The position numbers were made by a program, and so were the translations under genes. A stretch of 64,000 nucleotides of DNA. Origin: a virus. The number at the start of each line of letters is the position of its first letter. The first letter of the stretch is position 1. Below are positions 39,337-48,083 of this stretch, one piece after another. The notes below the pieces were generated by a model. That model searched no databases. It was not told the origin of the DNA and saw only the letters and a program-made list of their open reading frames with translations. The stretch is from IMG/VR virus record IMGVR_UViG_3300037466_002724, positions 1-64,000 of that record; one strand, 5' to 3'.

Positions 39337-40848
39337 ATGAATCTTCAACCTCAAATTTCCGGCATGTTCCCGGGTGGCTCGATCCCGATGATCGGCAGCG
39401 CCGGCGGCAACATGACCCAGTTCGAAGAGCTGCAGAAGGCCCTGACCGCGTCGAACTACCAGACCGACATGACCCAGCTGTCGGGTGGTGGTGCACTGGG
39501 TGTGCAGTCGCTGGACACCGCGATGAAGACCGTCGTGCAGGAGAACAAGCACTTCGCTCTGTTCAATCGCCTGCAGAGCACCACCGCGACCAACATCGTC
39601 GACGAATACACCCGCCAGACCTCGGTCGGCGGCGTGCTCGGCGGCTCGACCAACACCCAGATGGGCGTCGTTCGCGCGGCGCAGGGCGAATACCAGCGCG
39701 AAGTCGGCATGGTGAAGTTCCTGATGCAGCTCCGCCAGGTCGGCTACGTGCTGAACATCGGAAAGAACATCATCGACGCCACCTCGGCCGAAGAGCGCAA
39801 CGGCGCCAAGGCCCTGCTGACCGACGCCGAGTACCTGCTGTTCCACGGTAACGCAGCGGCCTCGCCGACCCAGTTCGACGGCATCTACACCCAGATCGAC
39901 GCCGAGATCGCCGCTGGCCACGTGTCTCCGGACAATGTGATCGACATGGGCGGCAAGAAGCTGGACAGCATCGAGCCGATCTCGCAGATCAACGCAGCTG
40001 TCGGCCGCTACGACTCGTGGGGCCAGGTCACCGACCTGTTCCTGCCGAACTCGGTCCAGACTGACCTGAATACCGGCCTGGATCCGGCCTACCGCTGGGT
40101 TCCGGAAGGCGGCAATACCCCGATGGTGGGCGGCCACGTGTCGGCCATCCGTCTGCAAAACGGCGTCCTCAAGACTACGATGGACACCTTCATGCACGAC
40201 GAGACCCACCCGATGGTCATGCCGTGGGACGGCAACCCGGATGCGAAATACACCGGCGCTGCCGCCGCGAACGCCGCGTTCAAGCCGCAGTCGATCACCG
40301 TCGATGCATCGACCTCGGACGCGTCGTCGCAGTTCTCGAACACCCGCGCCGGCAACTACTACTGGGCGGTGGCGGCAATCGGCGCGAATGGCGAAGGCCT
40401 GACCGCCGTCGTCAAGTCGGGCTCGACCGCGGTCGCAGCTGGCAAAAAGGCTGTGCTGACCATCACCGCCTCGACCGCTGGCACCGAGACCGGCTACGCG
40501 ATCTACCGTTCGCGCCAGGACGGCACCAACGCATCGAACGACCTGCGCCTGGTGAAGATCGTCCCGAAGACCGGTGCCACCACCACCTTCACGGACCTGA
40601 ACCGCGACATCCCGGGTACCGTGAGCGTGCCGCTGCTGAACATGACCACGTCGGACGATGCGATCGGCTGGCGCCAGTTCCAGCCGATGACCAAGATCCC
40701 GCTGCCGTTCGGCGTCGGCGGTATCCCGGTCATCTCGTGGTTCCAGTTCCTGTTCGGCTACCTGCGGATCACCAAGCCGAAGCACCACGGCTACATCAAG
40801 AACATCCTGCCGAGCATGGCCAAGTGGCGGCCGCACACCGGCGAGTAA
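39337..40848 (+). CDS. Major capsid protein
   Basis: ELQKALTA..Y.TD..QL.GGGAL..QSLD, EYLLFHGN...QFDGI; 503 aa; resembles SPO1/Twort-type capsids. Confidence 0.88.
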   Translation: MNLQPQISGMFPGGSIPMIGSAGGNMTQFEELQKALTASNYQTDMTQLSGGGALGVQSLDTAMKTVVQENKHFALFNRLQSTTATNIVDEYTRQTSVGGVLGGSTNTQMGVVRAAQGEYQREVGMVKFLMQLRQVGYVLNIGKNIIDATSAEERNGAKALLTDAEYLLFHGNAAASPTQFDGIYTQIDAEIAAGHVSPDNVIDMGGKKLDSIEPISQINAAVGRYDSWGQVTDLFLPNSVQTDLNTGLDPAYRWVPEGGNTPMVGGHVSAIRLQNGVLKTTMDTFMHDETHPMVMPWDGNPDAKYTGAAAANAAFKPQSITVDASTSDASSQFSNTRAGNYYWAVAAIGANGEGLTAVVKSGSTAVAAGKKAVLTITASTAGTETGYAIYRSRQDGTNASNDLRLVKIVPKTGATTTFTDLNRDIPGTVSVPLLNMTTSDDAIGWRQFQPMTKIPLPFGVGGIPVISWFQFLFGYLRITKPKHHGYIKNILPSMAKWRPHTGE

Positions 40849-40922
40849 TCGCCTCGGCTGGGTAACCAGCGCCTCGGTTGCAGCCGCAGCCGGGGCATTT
40901 TCGCATCTACCTGGAGATCATC

Positions 40923-41521
40923 ATGGTTCAAGTCGTCTGCACCCGTCCGAACGCTGCCGAAGAGATCAGCGGCGTCAAGTTCACCAAACACGATCAGGGC
41001 ATGCTGTCGGAAGAAATCTCCGACGAGCAGGCCGCTCACTTCCTGGCGGTCCCGGGCTACCACGTCCTGGGCGAACACCCTGCCGGCGAGGATCATGAGG
41101 CCGATGACATCGAGGCGCTGCGTGCACGCGCGACCGAGCTCGGTGTCGAGGTGAAGCCGGCCTGGAAGGCTCCGCGCCTGAAAGCCGAGATCAAGCGCGC
41201 CGAGGACGAAGCTGCGGCCAAAGCCGCGGCCGAAGCCGCCGGCAAGACCGAATAATTTTTGGCCGTTGGCCGTAACAGGGGAAAATCATGACAGCAGCAC
41301 GTGGCAGCAGGCAGGAAAAAGTCAACAAGTCGTCGCCGGCCCTGAGCAAGGCCAAGTTGGGCGATGTGGTGGCTGAGCTGGTGGCGCAGGTCAACGCGCT
41401 CACCACTGCTCACAATGCGATGGCGGCGAAGCTGGACGCCGACGCGGGTGTCACCGACACCAACTACACCGCGCTGACCGGTGTGTCCGCGACCGCCATC
41501 AAGGACATGGAGAGCCGCTAG
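40923..41521 (+). CDS. Two small head-associated proteins (40923-41255, 41288-41521)
   Basis: Follow the capsid gene with RBSs; terminator at 41546-41573. Confidence 0.6.
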
Positions 41522-41615
41522 GCGCTTTGATCCTGGTGCACAGCAAAGCCCGCTTCCGTAGCGGGCTTTTTTTCGTGACTGCACCATAGACCCAACAGAC
41601 ATTCGAGGAGCTGCT

Positions 41616-42722
41616 ATGCCCACCATTACGCCTGACGGGGAAAATCCCGTCTGGATCGAGCAGGACAAGGACGCGCGCAAGGAATATCGGTTCGACCTGG
41701 CGACGCTGCTGCCGGAAGGCGAGGCGCTGGAATCGGCCACCTGGTCGGCAGATACCGGCTTTACGGTGAATGAGAGCTCGGTCGATGGCACGCAGCTGGT
41801 CGTGGTGCTGTCGGGCGGTTCGCCGCAACAGTGGTACACCGCGACGGCATCGTACCAGACCACCGGCGGGCGTTTCCAGGACCAGCTTGTGGTGCAGGTC
41901 TTCATCAAGAGCGACGCCGAGACTGCCTCGCCGATGGGCTCGGCGCTGTTCCCGAACCGCTTCACCGCAGTGGCGCAGCTCCAGCGCGATAGGCTGATGC
42001 TGGCGGCCCAGACCCACTTCGCTGGCGTGAAGCTGTCACCGGATTACGTCTGGGAGAAGCTGCGCGCGGCAGAGGCCGAGGCCTCGCGCATCCTGCGTGT
42101 GCGGTTCCAGCCAACCATGTTCTTCCCAGACGATCCGACCGACGACCAGGTGGCCGCCCTGAATGGCATGCCGTGGGAGCTCGACCAGGGCTACGACTAC
42201 GATCCGGACATGTACCAGAACGACCGCTGGGGCTTCTTCAAGACCCATTCGTCGCCGCTGATCTCGGTCGAGAAAGTGCGCTTCTCCTATCCGGCCGTCG
42301 GCGGCGTGAATTTCGAGATCCCGCCCGAGTGGCTGCAGCTGGACAAGAAGTATGGCCACGTGCGCATCGTGCCATTGACCGCATCGGCCGCTGCCATGCT
42401 CACGCCGTTCGTCATGCAGCTCATTTCCATGGGCCGCGTGATCCCGAACATGGTTCGCATCACCTATGTGGCCGGCCTCCAGAACGCCGCCGGCGACTAT
42501 CCGGAGCTGGTCGATGTCGTGAAGAAGATGGCCGTGCTCAAGATCATCGAGGACGGCTTCCTGCCGCAGTCCGGGTCGATCGCCGCTGACGGCCTGTCGC
42601 AGACCGTAAGCGTGGACATGAGCAAATATGACGAGATCATCGATCGGACCCTGAATGGCCCGCCGGGCGTGAACGGCGGCCTGCGCGCGGCCATCCACGG
42701 CATCACCATGGGGGTGATGTGA
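41616..42722 (+). CDS. Head-tail adaptor/neck protein with N-terminal Ig-like domain
   Basis: Position; YVWEKLRAAEAEASRIL and SIAADGLSQTVS motifs typical of myovirus neck proteins. Confidence 0.6.
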   Translation: MPTITPDGENPVWIEQDKDARKEYRFDLATLLPEGEALESATWSADTGFTVNESSVDGTQLVVVLSGGSPQQWYTATASYQTTGGRFQDQLVVQVFIKSDAETASPMGSALFPNRFTAVAQLQRDRLMLAAQTHFAGVKLSPDYVWEKLRAAEAEASRILRVRFQPTMFFPDDPTDDQVAALNGMPWELDQGYDYDPDMYQNDRWGFFKTHSSPLISVEKVRFSYPAVGGVNFEIPPEWLQLDKKYGHVRIVPLTASAAAMLTPFVMQLISMGRVIPNMVRITYVAGLQNAAGDYPELVDVVKKMAVLKIIEDGFLPQSGSIAADGLSQTVSVDMSKYDEIIDRTLNGPPGVNGGLRAAIHGITMGVM

Positions 42723-43360
42723 TGCGGCTGAACCCGACCGCCTTCAATGGCCTGCTCAACGGGATCGGCCAGGCCTTCAAATACCGCAAGGCCTTCACCT
42801 GCCCGTGCCGCAATCCGAACTCCGGCGCCGGCAACCCGAAGTGCCCGAAGTGCGCCGGCAAGGGCGTGTTCTGGGGACCGCAGGTCGATGCCACCGCCGG
42901 CGTCGCCAGCCAGGGCGTGACCAAGCAGTATGCGCAGTTCGGGCAGTGGGAGGCGGGCGACGCGGTGTTCTCGATCCCAGAGTCGAGCCCAATGTACGAT
43001 GCTGGCCGCTTTGATCGAATGCTGATGCTGAACAGCACCGACCGCTTCTCACTCACCCTGACCCATGGCGCCAGCGATCGGGTCAACCTGCCGATCGAGG
43101 CGATCGAGTACGTGTTCTGGCTGGATGACGCTGGAAACCAGGTCTACGGCGGCATCCCAGCATTCGATGAGGCTGGATACCTGACCTGGCGCACGGGCGA
43201 GCCACCGCTGGGCAAGCAGTTCGCCGTAGCAGGCACAAGATTTACAGAATACTTCGTGTGGGAGAACCTTCCTTCTGATAGGGGGGAGCATCACGGCGCC
43301 CGGCTGCCCAAGCGCGTGCAGGCGCGCCGCTTCGACCTGTTCAAGGGGGCTTCGACCTAA
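42719..43360 (+). CDS. Neck/head-closure protein with zinc ribbon
   Basis: CPC...CPKCAGKG motif; position. Confidence 0.6.
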   Translation: MMRLNPTAFNGLLNGIGQAFKYRKAFTCPCRNPNSGAGNPKCPKCAGKGVFWGPQVDATAGVASQGVTKQYAQFGQWEAGDAVFSIPESSPMYDAGRFDRMLMLNSTDRFSLTLTHGASDRVNLPIEAIEYVFWLDDAGNQVYGGIPAFDEAGYLTWRTGEPPLGKQFAVAGTRFTEYFVWENLPSDRGEHHGARLPKRVQARRFDLFKGAST

Positions 43361-44148
43361 CCGCCCAGGTCACGCTTGACCGCCTCGCTGAATGCCTTTT
43401 CGGCGAGCGGTTGCAGGCGATCGGTCACGCCCTTGACCAGGTTCAGGCCCGGCTTGGCCGGCACGATCCAGCCTGGCGAGCCCTCCACCATGACGCGGAA
43501 CGTCAGGTAGGTGCTGGACTTGGCGTTCCCGCTCGACGTGTCGAAGCGGTACATCCCAGCGTGTCTGCTCTGCATCTTCGGCGTGGCGCCAGCCGGCAGC
43601 GACCCGCCCCATGCGTACTTGCGCTGCGGGACCGTCAGCGGCTTGCGGCTCTTGATGTCGAAGGCGCCGGTTCCGGATAGCCGGCGCCCGGTCCCGGTGA
43701 CCCGCGAGGGATCGAGCTGGCGCGCGAGCTCGTACACGTCGTCTGGCATCGACGGGGCTAATGCGTTCGCACCTGGGACCCCATGCCTGAACGGAATTAT
43801 TAGGTATCTAGCGCCCTTCTTCGACAGCCTGACTTTCAGGCTGGTGTCCAACATCTTCTTGAGGTCGCGCGCCGGCCGCCCGCTGTCGATCTCCTGGGCC
43901 CACTTGTAGTCGCTCGATACCTCGGCCGAGAAGGCGCCGGTCATCTTCCAGGTGATCGACTCGCCGTACTGCTGCTTCTCGCCGCTCCAGAGCTTGGCGC
44001 GCGCGACGGCCTCCTTCCAGTCGATCGTGGCCTGCTGCGCAACCGCGCTGACTGCCTGGTTCAGACGCGGCAGGACCGAGGCGTCGATAATGCCGCGCGC
44101 CTGGCCCATGACGTCCGAGAGGTCGACCTTGATGCGAAATTGGCTCAT
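43357..44148 (-). CDS. Virion morphogenesis (neck/tail completion-like) protein, inverted
   Basis: DLKKML...GARYLIIPFRH...YLTFRVM..SPGWIVP; own late motif at 44155-44170 on the minus strand. Confidence 0.65.
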   Translation of the reverse strand: MSQFRIKVDLSDVMGQARGIIDASVLPRLNQAVSAVAQQATIDWKEAVARAKLWSGEKQQYGESITWKMTGAFSAEVSSDYKWAQEIDSGRPARDLKKMLDTSLKVRLSKKGARYLIIPFRHGVPGANALAPSMPDDVYELARQLDPSRVTGTGRRLSGTGAFDIKSRKPLTVPQRKYAWGGSLPAGATPKMQSRHAGMYRFDTSSGNAKSSTYLTFRVMVEGSPGWIVPAKPGLNLVKGVTDRLQPLAEKAFSEAVKRDLGG

Positions 44149-44154
44149 GCGCCG

Positions 44155-44196
44155 ATGATAGCGTCACGCCCGCGCGGGTGGTCGTGACGTGATCAT
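44155..44196. promoter_or_regulatory. Back-to-back divergent late-promoter motifs
   Basis: Minus GGCGTGAcgctAtcaT (44155-44170) and plus GTCGTGAcgtgAtcaT (44181-44196); each is 6 nt from an ATG. Confidence 0.8.
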
Positions 44197-44202
44197 GCAG
44201 TC

Positions 44203-45030
44203 ATGATCTCGCTTATCCAACCAGTCGCCGCCGGCAACGCGCTCAGGATTTTCCTTGAGCCGCCGCCGGGCGCCGTCTGGTGGCGGCTGCTGCGCAAGGT
44301 CGCGGACACGTTCACGGACGAATCCGACCCTGACGCCTTGCTAATCTACGAGGGCAGCGCCGAGAAGAACACGCTCGACATCGCCCAGCTGGTGAACGGA
44401 ACCCTGTACTACTACCGACCTTACTACCGGGTCGGCGCCGACTGGGTGGCTGGCGCCACCGTAACCGCCACGCCGAACGCGACCTACGAGGGAATCGGCG
44501 GCGACGTGCTGGAGCTCGTGCGCGACCGGCTCGACCTGGGCCTCCAGGAAGAGGTGCGCCGCGGCGCACTCACTCACGATCAGGGGCATATCAAGGTCCT
44601 GACGGCGCCGCCGATTTTCGAGGACACCGTGTTCCCGGTGGTGACGGTGCACCTGACTGAGGACAGTCCAGCCGAGCGCGCGATAGGCGAGATGGTCGAG
44701 GAAGACCAGTTCGACGCCGACAGCTTCGGATGGGCCGAGAAGGAAGGTTGGCTCGCGCGCACCAGCCTGACGATCATGGGCTGGACCATGAACCCGGACG
44801 AGCGGATCGACCTGCGCAAGGCGCTGCGCCGCCTCGTCCAGGCCAACCTGCCGATCTTCGATTTCGCCGGCATGGTGCAGATCGAGTTCTCGCAGCAGGA
44901 CACCGAAGACTTCGCGTCGTACAGCGCGCCCGTCTACCAGGTCCTGTGCACGTTCTCCTGTCTTTCGCCTGCTCAGGTGGGCGCAAAGGTCGGCGCAATC
45001 AGAGATGTTGTTACAACTTTTACGGAGTGA
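44203..45030 (+). CDS. Tail completion/terminator-like protein with N-terminal FN3-like domain
   Basis: LVNGTLYYYRPY FN3-like motif; FPVVTVHL; upstream of the sheath gene. Confidence 0.55.
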   Translation: MISLIQPVAAGNALRIFLEPPPGAVWWRLLRKVADTFTDESDPDALLIYEGSAEKNTLDIAQLVNGTLYYYRPYYRVGADWVAGATVTATPNATYEGIGGDVLELVRDRLDLGLQEEVRRGALTHDQGHIKVLTAPPIFEDTVFPVVTVHLTEDSPAERAIGEMVEEDQFDADSFGWAEKEGWLARTSLTIMGWTMNPDERIDLRKALRRLVQANLPIFDFAGMVQIEFSQQDTEDFASYSAPVYQVLCTFSCLSPAQVGAKVGAIRDVVTTFTE

Positions 45031-45032
45031 AC

Positions 45033-45251
45033 ATGGGCAAAAGTAACGAGACCGCTCAGGCCCCGGCGGCGCAGGCCCCGGCCCCCGAGCAGGTGACGCT
45101 GGAGGAGTTCTGCATGCGCCTGTCGAACGTCGACAAGCGCGTCGAGCTGATCGGTGGCTTCGAGCACAGCGAAAAGGCCGCCGGCCACACCAAGGACGCA
45201 GAGAGCGAGTTCCAGGCCCGCTTCACTGCCTTCGTCAATAAACCTGTCTGA
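45033..45251 (+). CDS. Small protein preceding the sheath gene
   Basis: GGAG RBS; 72-aa ORF. Confidence 0.6.
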   Translation: MGKSNETAQAPAAQAPAPEQVTLEEFCMRLSNVDKRVELIGGFEHSEKAAGHTKDAESEFQARFTAFVNKPV

Positions 45252-45259
45252 GGACCGAC

Positions 45260-46975
45260 ATGAGCGTATTTTTCAATGGTCGTAAGTGGACGTCGCCGGC
45301 CACCATGTCGGTGGTCGACGATAGCGCCATGAACAACAAGAACCTGACCGTCGGCAACGTGCTGGCGGTTATCGGTCGTTCGTCTGGCGGCCAGCCGAAC
45401 ACCGCGCTGCGCTTCGGCAACCCGAGCGAGGCGGTCGCCACCCTACGTGACGGCGAGCTTCTGACCGCGGTGCTCAAGGCATTCGATCCGAGCGCCCAGA
45501 CCAACGGTCCGTCGGAAGTGGTCGCGGTCCGCGTCAACCCGGCAGTGCAGTCCGCCCTGACCCTGCTCAACTCGGCCAGCGGCCCGGCGATCGACCTGGT
45601 GTCGACCGACTATGGTCTGTACACCAACCAGATCAAGGTCAAGGTGGAGGCTGGCTCGACTGCCGGCCTCAAGCTGACCACGCAGCTGGGCGACTCCTAC
45701 TACACCGGCGACAACATCACCCGGAACGCATTCAGCGTGAATTACACCGGCGCCGCGGTGACCGCCGTGATGTCGATCACCGGGACCCAGATCACCCTGC
45801 AGGCCCCGTCTGGCAGCACGGTGTCCACGATCGACCTGGCCTCGTTCCCGACCGTGCAGCAGGTCGTCGACAAGATCAACTCGACCTCCGGCTTCACCGC
45901 GGCGGTCCTCGACGGCAATTCGACCGCTCCGACCCTGAACGGCCTGGACTACGTCACCGCCACCGACGTCAAAACCGCCCCCTATACCGCCAAGGCAGAC
46001 CTGCAGGCAGCCGTGGACTGGTTCAACGGCATCGGCGAAGGCTTCATCTCGGCGACCCGCTCGACCAATGCCGGCGCCCCGCCGGTGGCCGTCGGCTACA
46101 CCTACCTGGCTGGTGGTTCGGACGGCATCGTGACCAACAGCGAGTGGAGCTCGGCCTACACCACGCTGCAGACCGAAGACGTCCAGTGGGTGGTGCCCAT
46201 CACTTCGGACCCGTCGATCTTCGCGATGAACGACACCCACTGCGCGTTCATGTCTGGCCAGATGCGCAAGGAGCGCCGCGGCATCGTCGGCATGGCCTCC
46301 GGCTCCACCGACGCCGCTGCGATCGCCGCCGCCAAGGCGCTGAACTCGGACCGCACCTCGCTTGTGCACCTGGGCTTCTACGACTACGACGCCACCGGAA
46401 AGCTGGTGCTGTTCCCGCCGTACATCCTGGCGGCGCTGCTCGCCGGCGCATTCAGCGGCGTGAACCCGGGTACCGCGCTGACCAACAAATCGGTCAAGGT
46501 GCGCGGCCTGGAGCGCAACCTGCGCAACCCGACCGACACCGACGTTCTGATCGATGCCGGTGTGCTGTGCGTCGAGAACACGCCGGCCGGCTACAAGGTA
46601 GTCAAGTCCATCAGCACCTGGCTGGTGAACGACAACTACAATCGCGTCGAGGTCTCGTGCGGCGTGGCGGTCGACTTCGTGGCGCGCAACGTTCGCGAGG
46701 CGCTGGATGTGCTGCGTGGCGAGAAGGGTGGCCCAATCGTGCTGTCCCGTGCTGCCAGCATCGCGGACAGCACGCTGCGCGAGCTCGCGCGCCCTGAGCC
46801 GCAGGGCCCGGGCGTGATCGTCGGCGACAAGAACAGCCCGGCGTACAAGAACATCACCGTGGCTCTCGATGGCGACGTGCTGCGCGTCGAGTTCGAGTGC
46901 TCGCCGGTGATCCCGGTCAACTACATCCCGGTCACGATCCACGCTGTCCCGTACAGCGGCTCGGTCTCGATCTAA
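45260..46975 (+). CDS. Tail sheath protein
   Basis: GRSSGGQPN, YLAGGSDG, LIDAGVLCVE, PVIPVNYI; 571 aa. Confidence 0.9.
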   Translation: MSVFFNGRKWTSPATMSVVDDSAMNNKNLTVGNVLAVIGRSSGGQPNTALRFGNPSEAVATLRDGELLTAVLKAFDPSAQTNGPSEVVAVRVNPAVQSALTLLNSASGPAIDLVSTDYGLYTNQIKVKVEAGSTAGLKLTTQLGDSYYTGDNITRNAFSVNYTGAAVTAVMSITGTQITLQAPSGSTVSTIDLASFPTVQQVVDKINSTSGFTAAVLDGNSTAPTLNGLDYVTATDVKTAPYTAKADLQAAVDWFNGIGEGFISATRSTNAGAPPVAVGYTYLAGGSDGIVTNSEWSSAYTTLQTEDVQWVVPITSDPSIFAMNDTHCAFMSGQMRKERRGIVGMASGSTDAAAIAAAKALNSDRTSLVHLGFYDYDATGKLVLFPPYILAALLAGAFSGVNPGTALTNKSVKVRGLERNLRNPTDTDVLIDAGVLCVENTPAGYKVVKSISTWLVNDNYNRVEVSCGVAVDFVARNVREALDVLRGEKGGPIVLSRAASIADSTLRELARPEPQGPGVIVGDKNSPAYKNITVALDGDVLRVEFECSPVIPVNYIPVTIHAVPYSGSVSI

Positions 46976-46986
46976 GGAGCGCATAA

Positions 46987-47412
46987 ATGGCAAAGGTAAA
47001 TCAAAACGTCCGCTCCGGTAACCGGATCGTCATCCAGCTCGACGGCAAGACCGTCGGTCTGATCCAGTCGGTTCGCATGAGCGACGACTATGCACCGGAC
47101 GCTGCCAGCGGCATCGGCGACATCCACGTCACCGAGCACGTGCCGACCATCGCCCGCCACAGCATCTCGGTCAGCACCATGGTGATGAAGCGCGCGACGC
47201 TGCGCCAGCTCGGCATCGCCTCGGAGAACGGCGACGATGCCCTGACCGGCCGTGTGTTCGACATCGTCAGCTACGACAAGGACACGGGCGAGGAGCTGCG
47301 CAAGTACATGGGCTGCACCTACGCCTCGGGCGATCTGGAGGTGAACAAGCACGCCATCGTCATGTCGTCCGGCACCTTCATGGCGCTGGATGTGTCCGGC
47401 ATCGCGGCCTGA
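46987..47412 (+). CDS. Tail tube protein
   Basis: Follows sheath; VGLIQSV...SGIGDIHVTEHVP; 141 aa; terminator at 47434-47458. Confidence 0.85.
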   Translation: MAKVNQNVRSGNRIVIQLDGKTVGLIQSVRMSDDYAPDAASGIGDIHVTEHVPTIARHSISVSTMVMKRATLRQLGIASENGDDALTGRVFDIVSYDKDTGEELRKYMGCTYASGDLEVNKHAIVMSSGTFMALDVSGIAA

Positions 47413-47510
47413 CCCAGCTGCGCTACCGCGCCAGGGCCCGCTTCGGCGGGCCTTTTTCATGTCGTGACCGTATCCTCGGATCCAGATCGTCAACCCAACT
47501 TAGGAAACCC

Positions 47511-47915
47511 ATGAGCCGTCCAGCCGCTGCCTCCGATTTCCCCGTCGACGTGCCCAACGTCGGCGCGTTCTTCTTCGCCAAGCGCATGCTGCGCGACGAG
47601 ATGCGCATCGCCGCCGAGTATTCTCGCCTCACCGAGGGCGTCGAGACGCCATCGACCTGGCTGGCAATCGTGGCTGGATGGATTTCGGCGCTCAAGGTGC
47701 TGACGGTTTCAGCCCCGCAGGGCTGGGACATCGACGCGATGGACCCGCTCGACCCGGCTACCTACGACAAGCTGCGCGACGTGCACTCGGCGCTGCGCGA
47801 AAAGGAGGACTCCTTTCGCGCAGGGGCTGGAAAAGCGGGCCAAGCGAGCGGGCCGCGAGCTGGCGAAGTCGAAGGAGTTCTGGTTCCGGCGCAAGTACAA
47901 TCTGGCGCCGACTGA
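47511..47915 (+). CDS. Tail assembly chaperone (G-type), with a +1-frame extension to 48087
   Basis: Between tube and tape measure genes. In-frame TCC TTT CGC at 47811-47819 leads into an overlapping +1 frame ending at TGA 48085-48087. Confidence 0.8.
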   Translation: MSRPAAASDFPVDVPNVGAFFFAKRMLRDEMRIAAEYSRLTEGVETPSTWLAIVAGWISALKVLTVSAPQGWDIDAMDPLDPATYDKLRDVHSALREKEDSFRAGAGKAGQASGPRAGEVEGVLVPAQVQSGAD

Positions 47916-48083
47916 TCCACGATTCCTCGACGCGACCTACGAACAGATCGAGATCGAATACTGGGCGCACGAATACGCGAACAAGCCGCCGGGCGAGGAG
48001 ATCGAGGACGATGATTTCGATCTCGGCGACGTCATGAAGCAAATGGAAGGGGAGGGTGACCTCGACGACTGGGGTCCGCCGCT

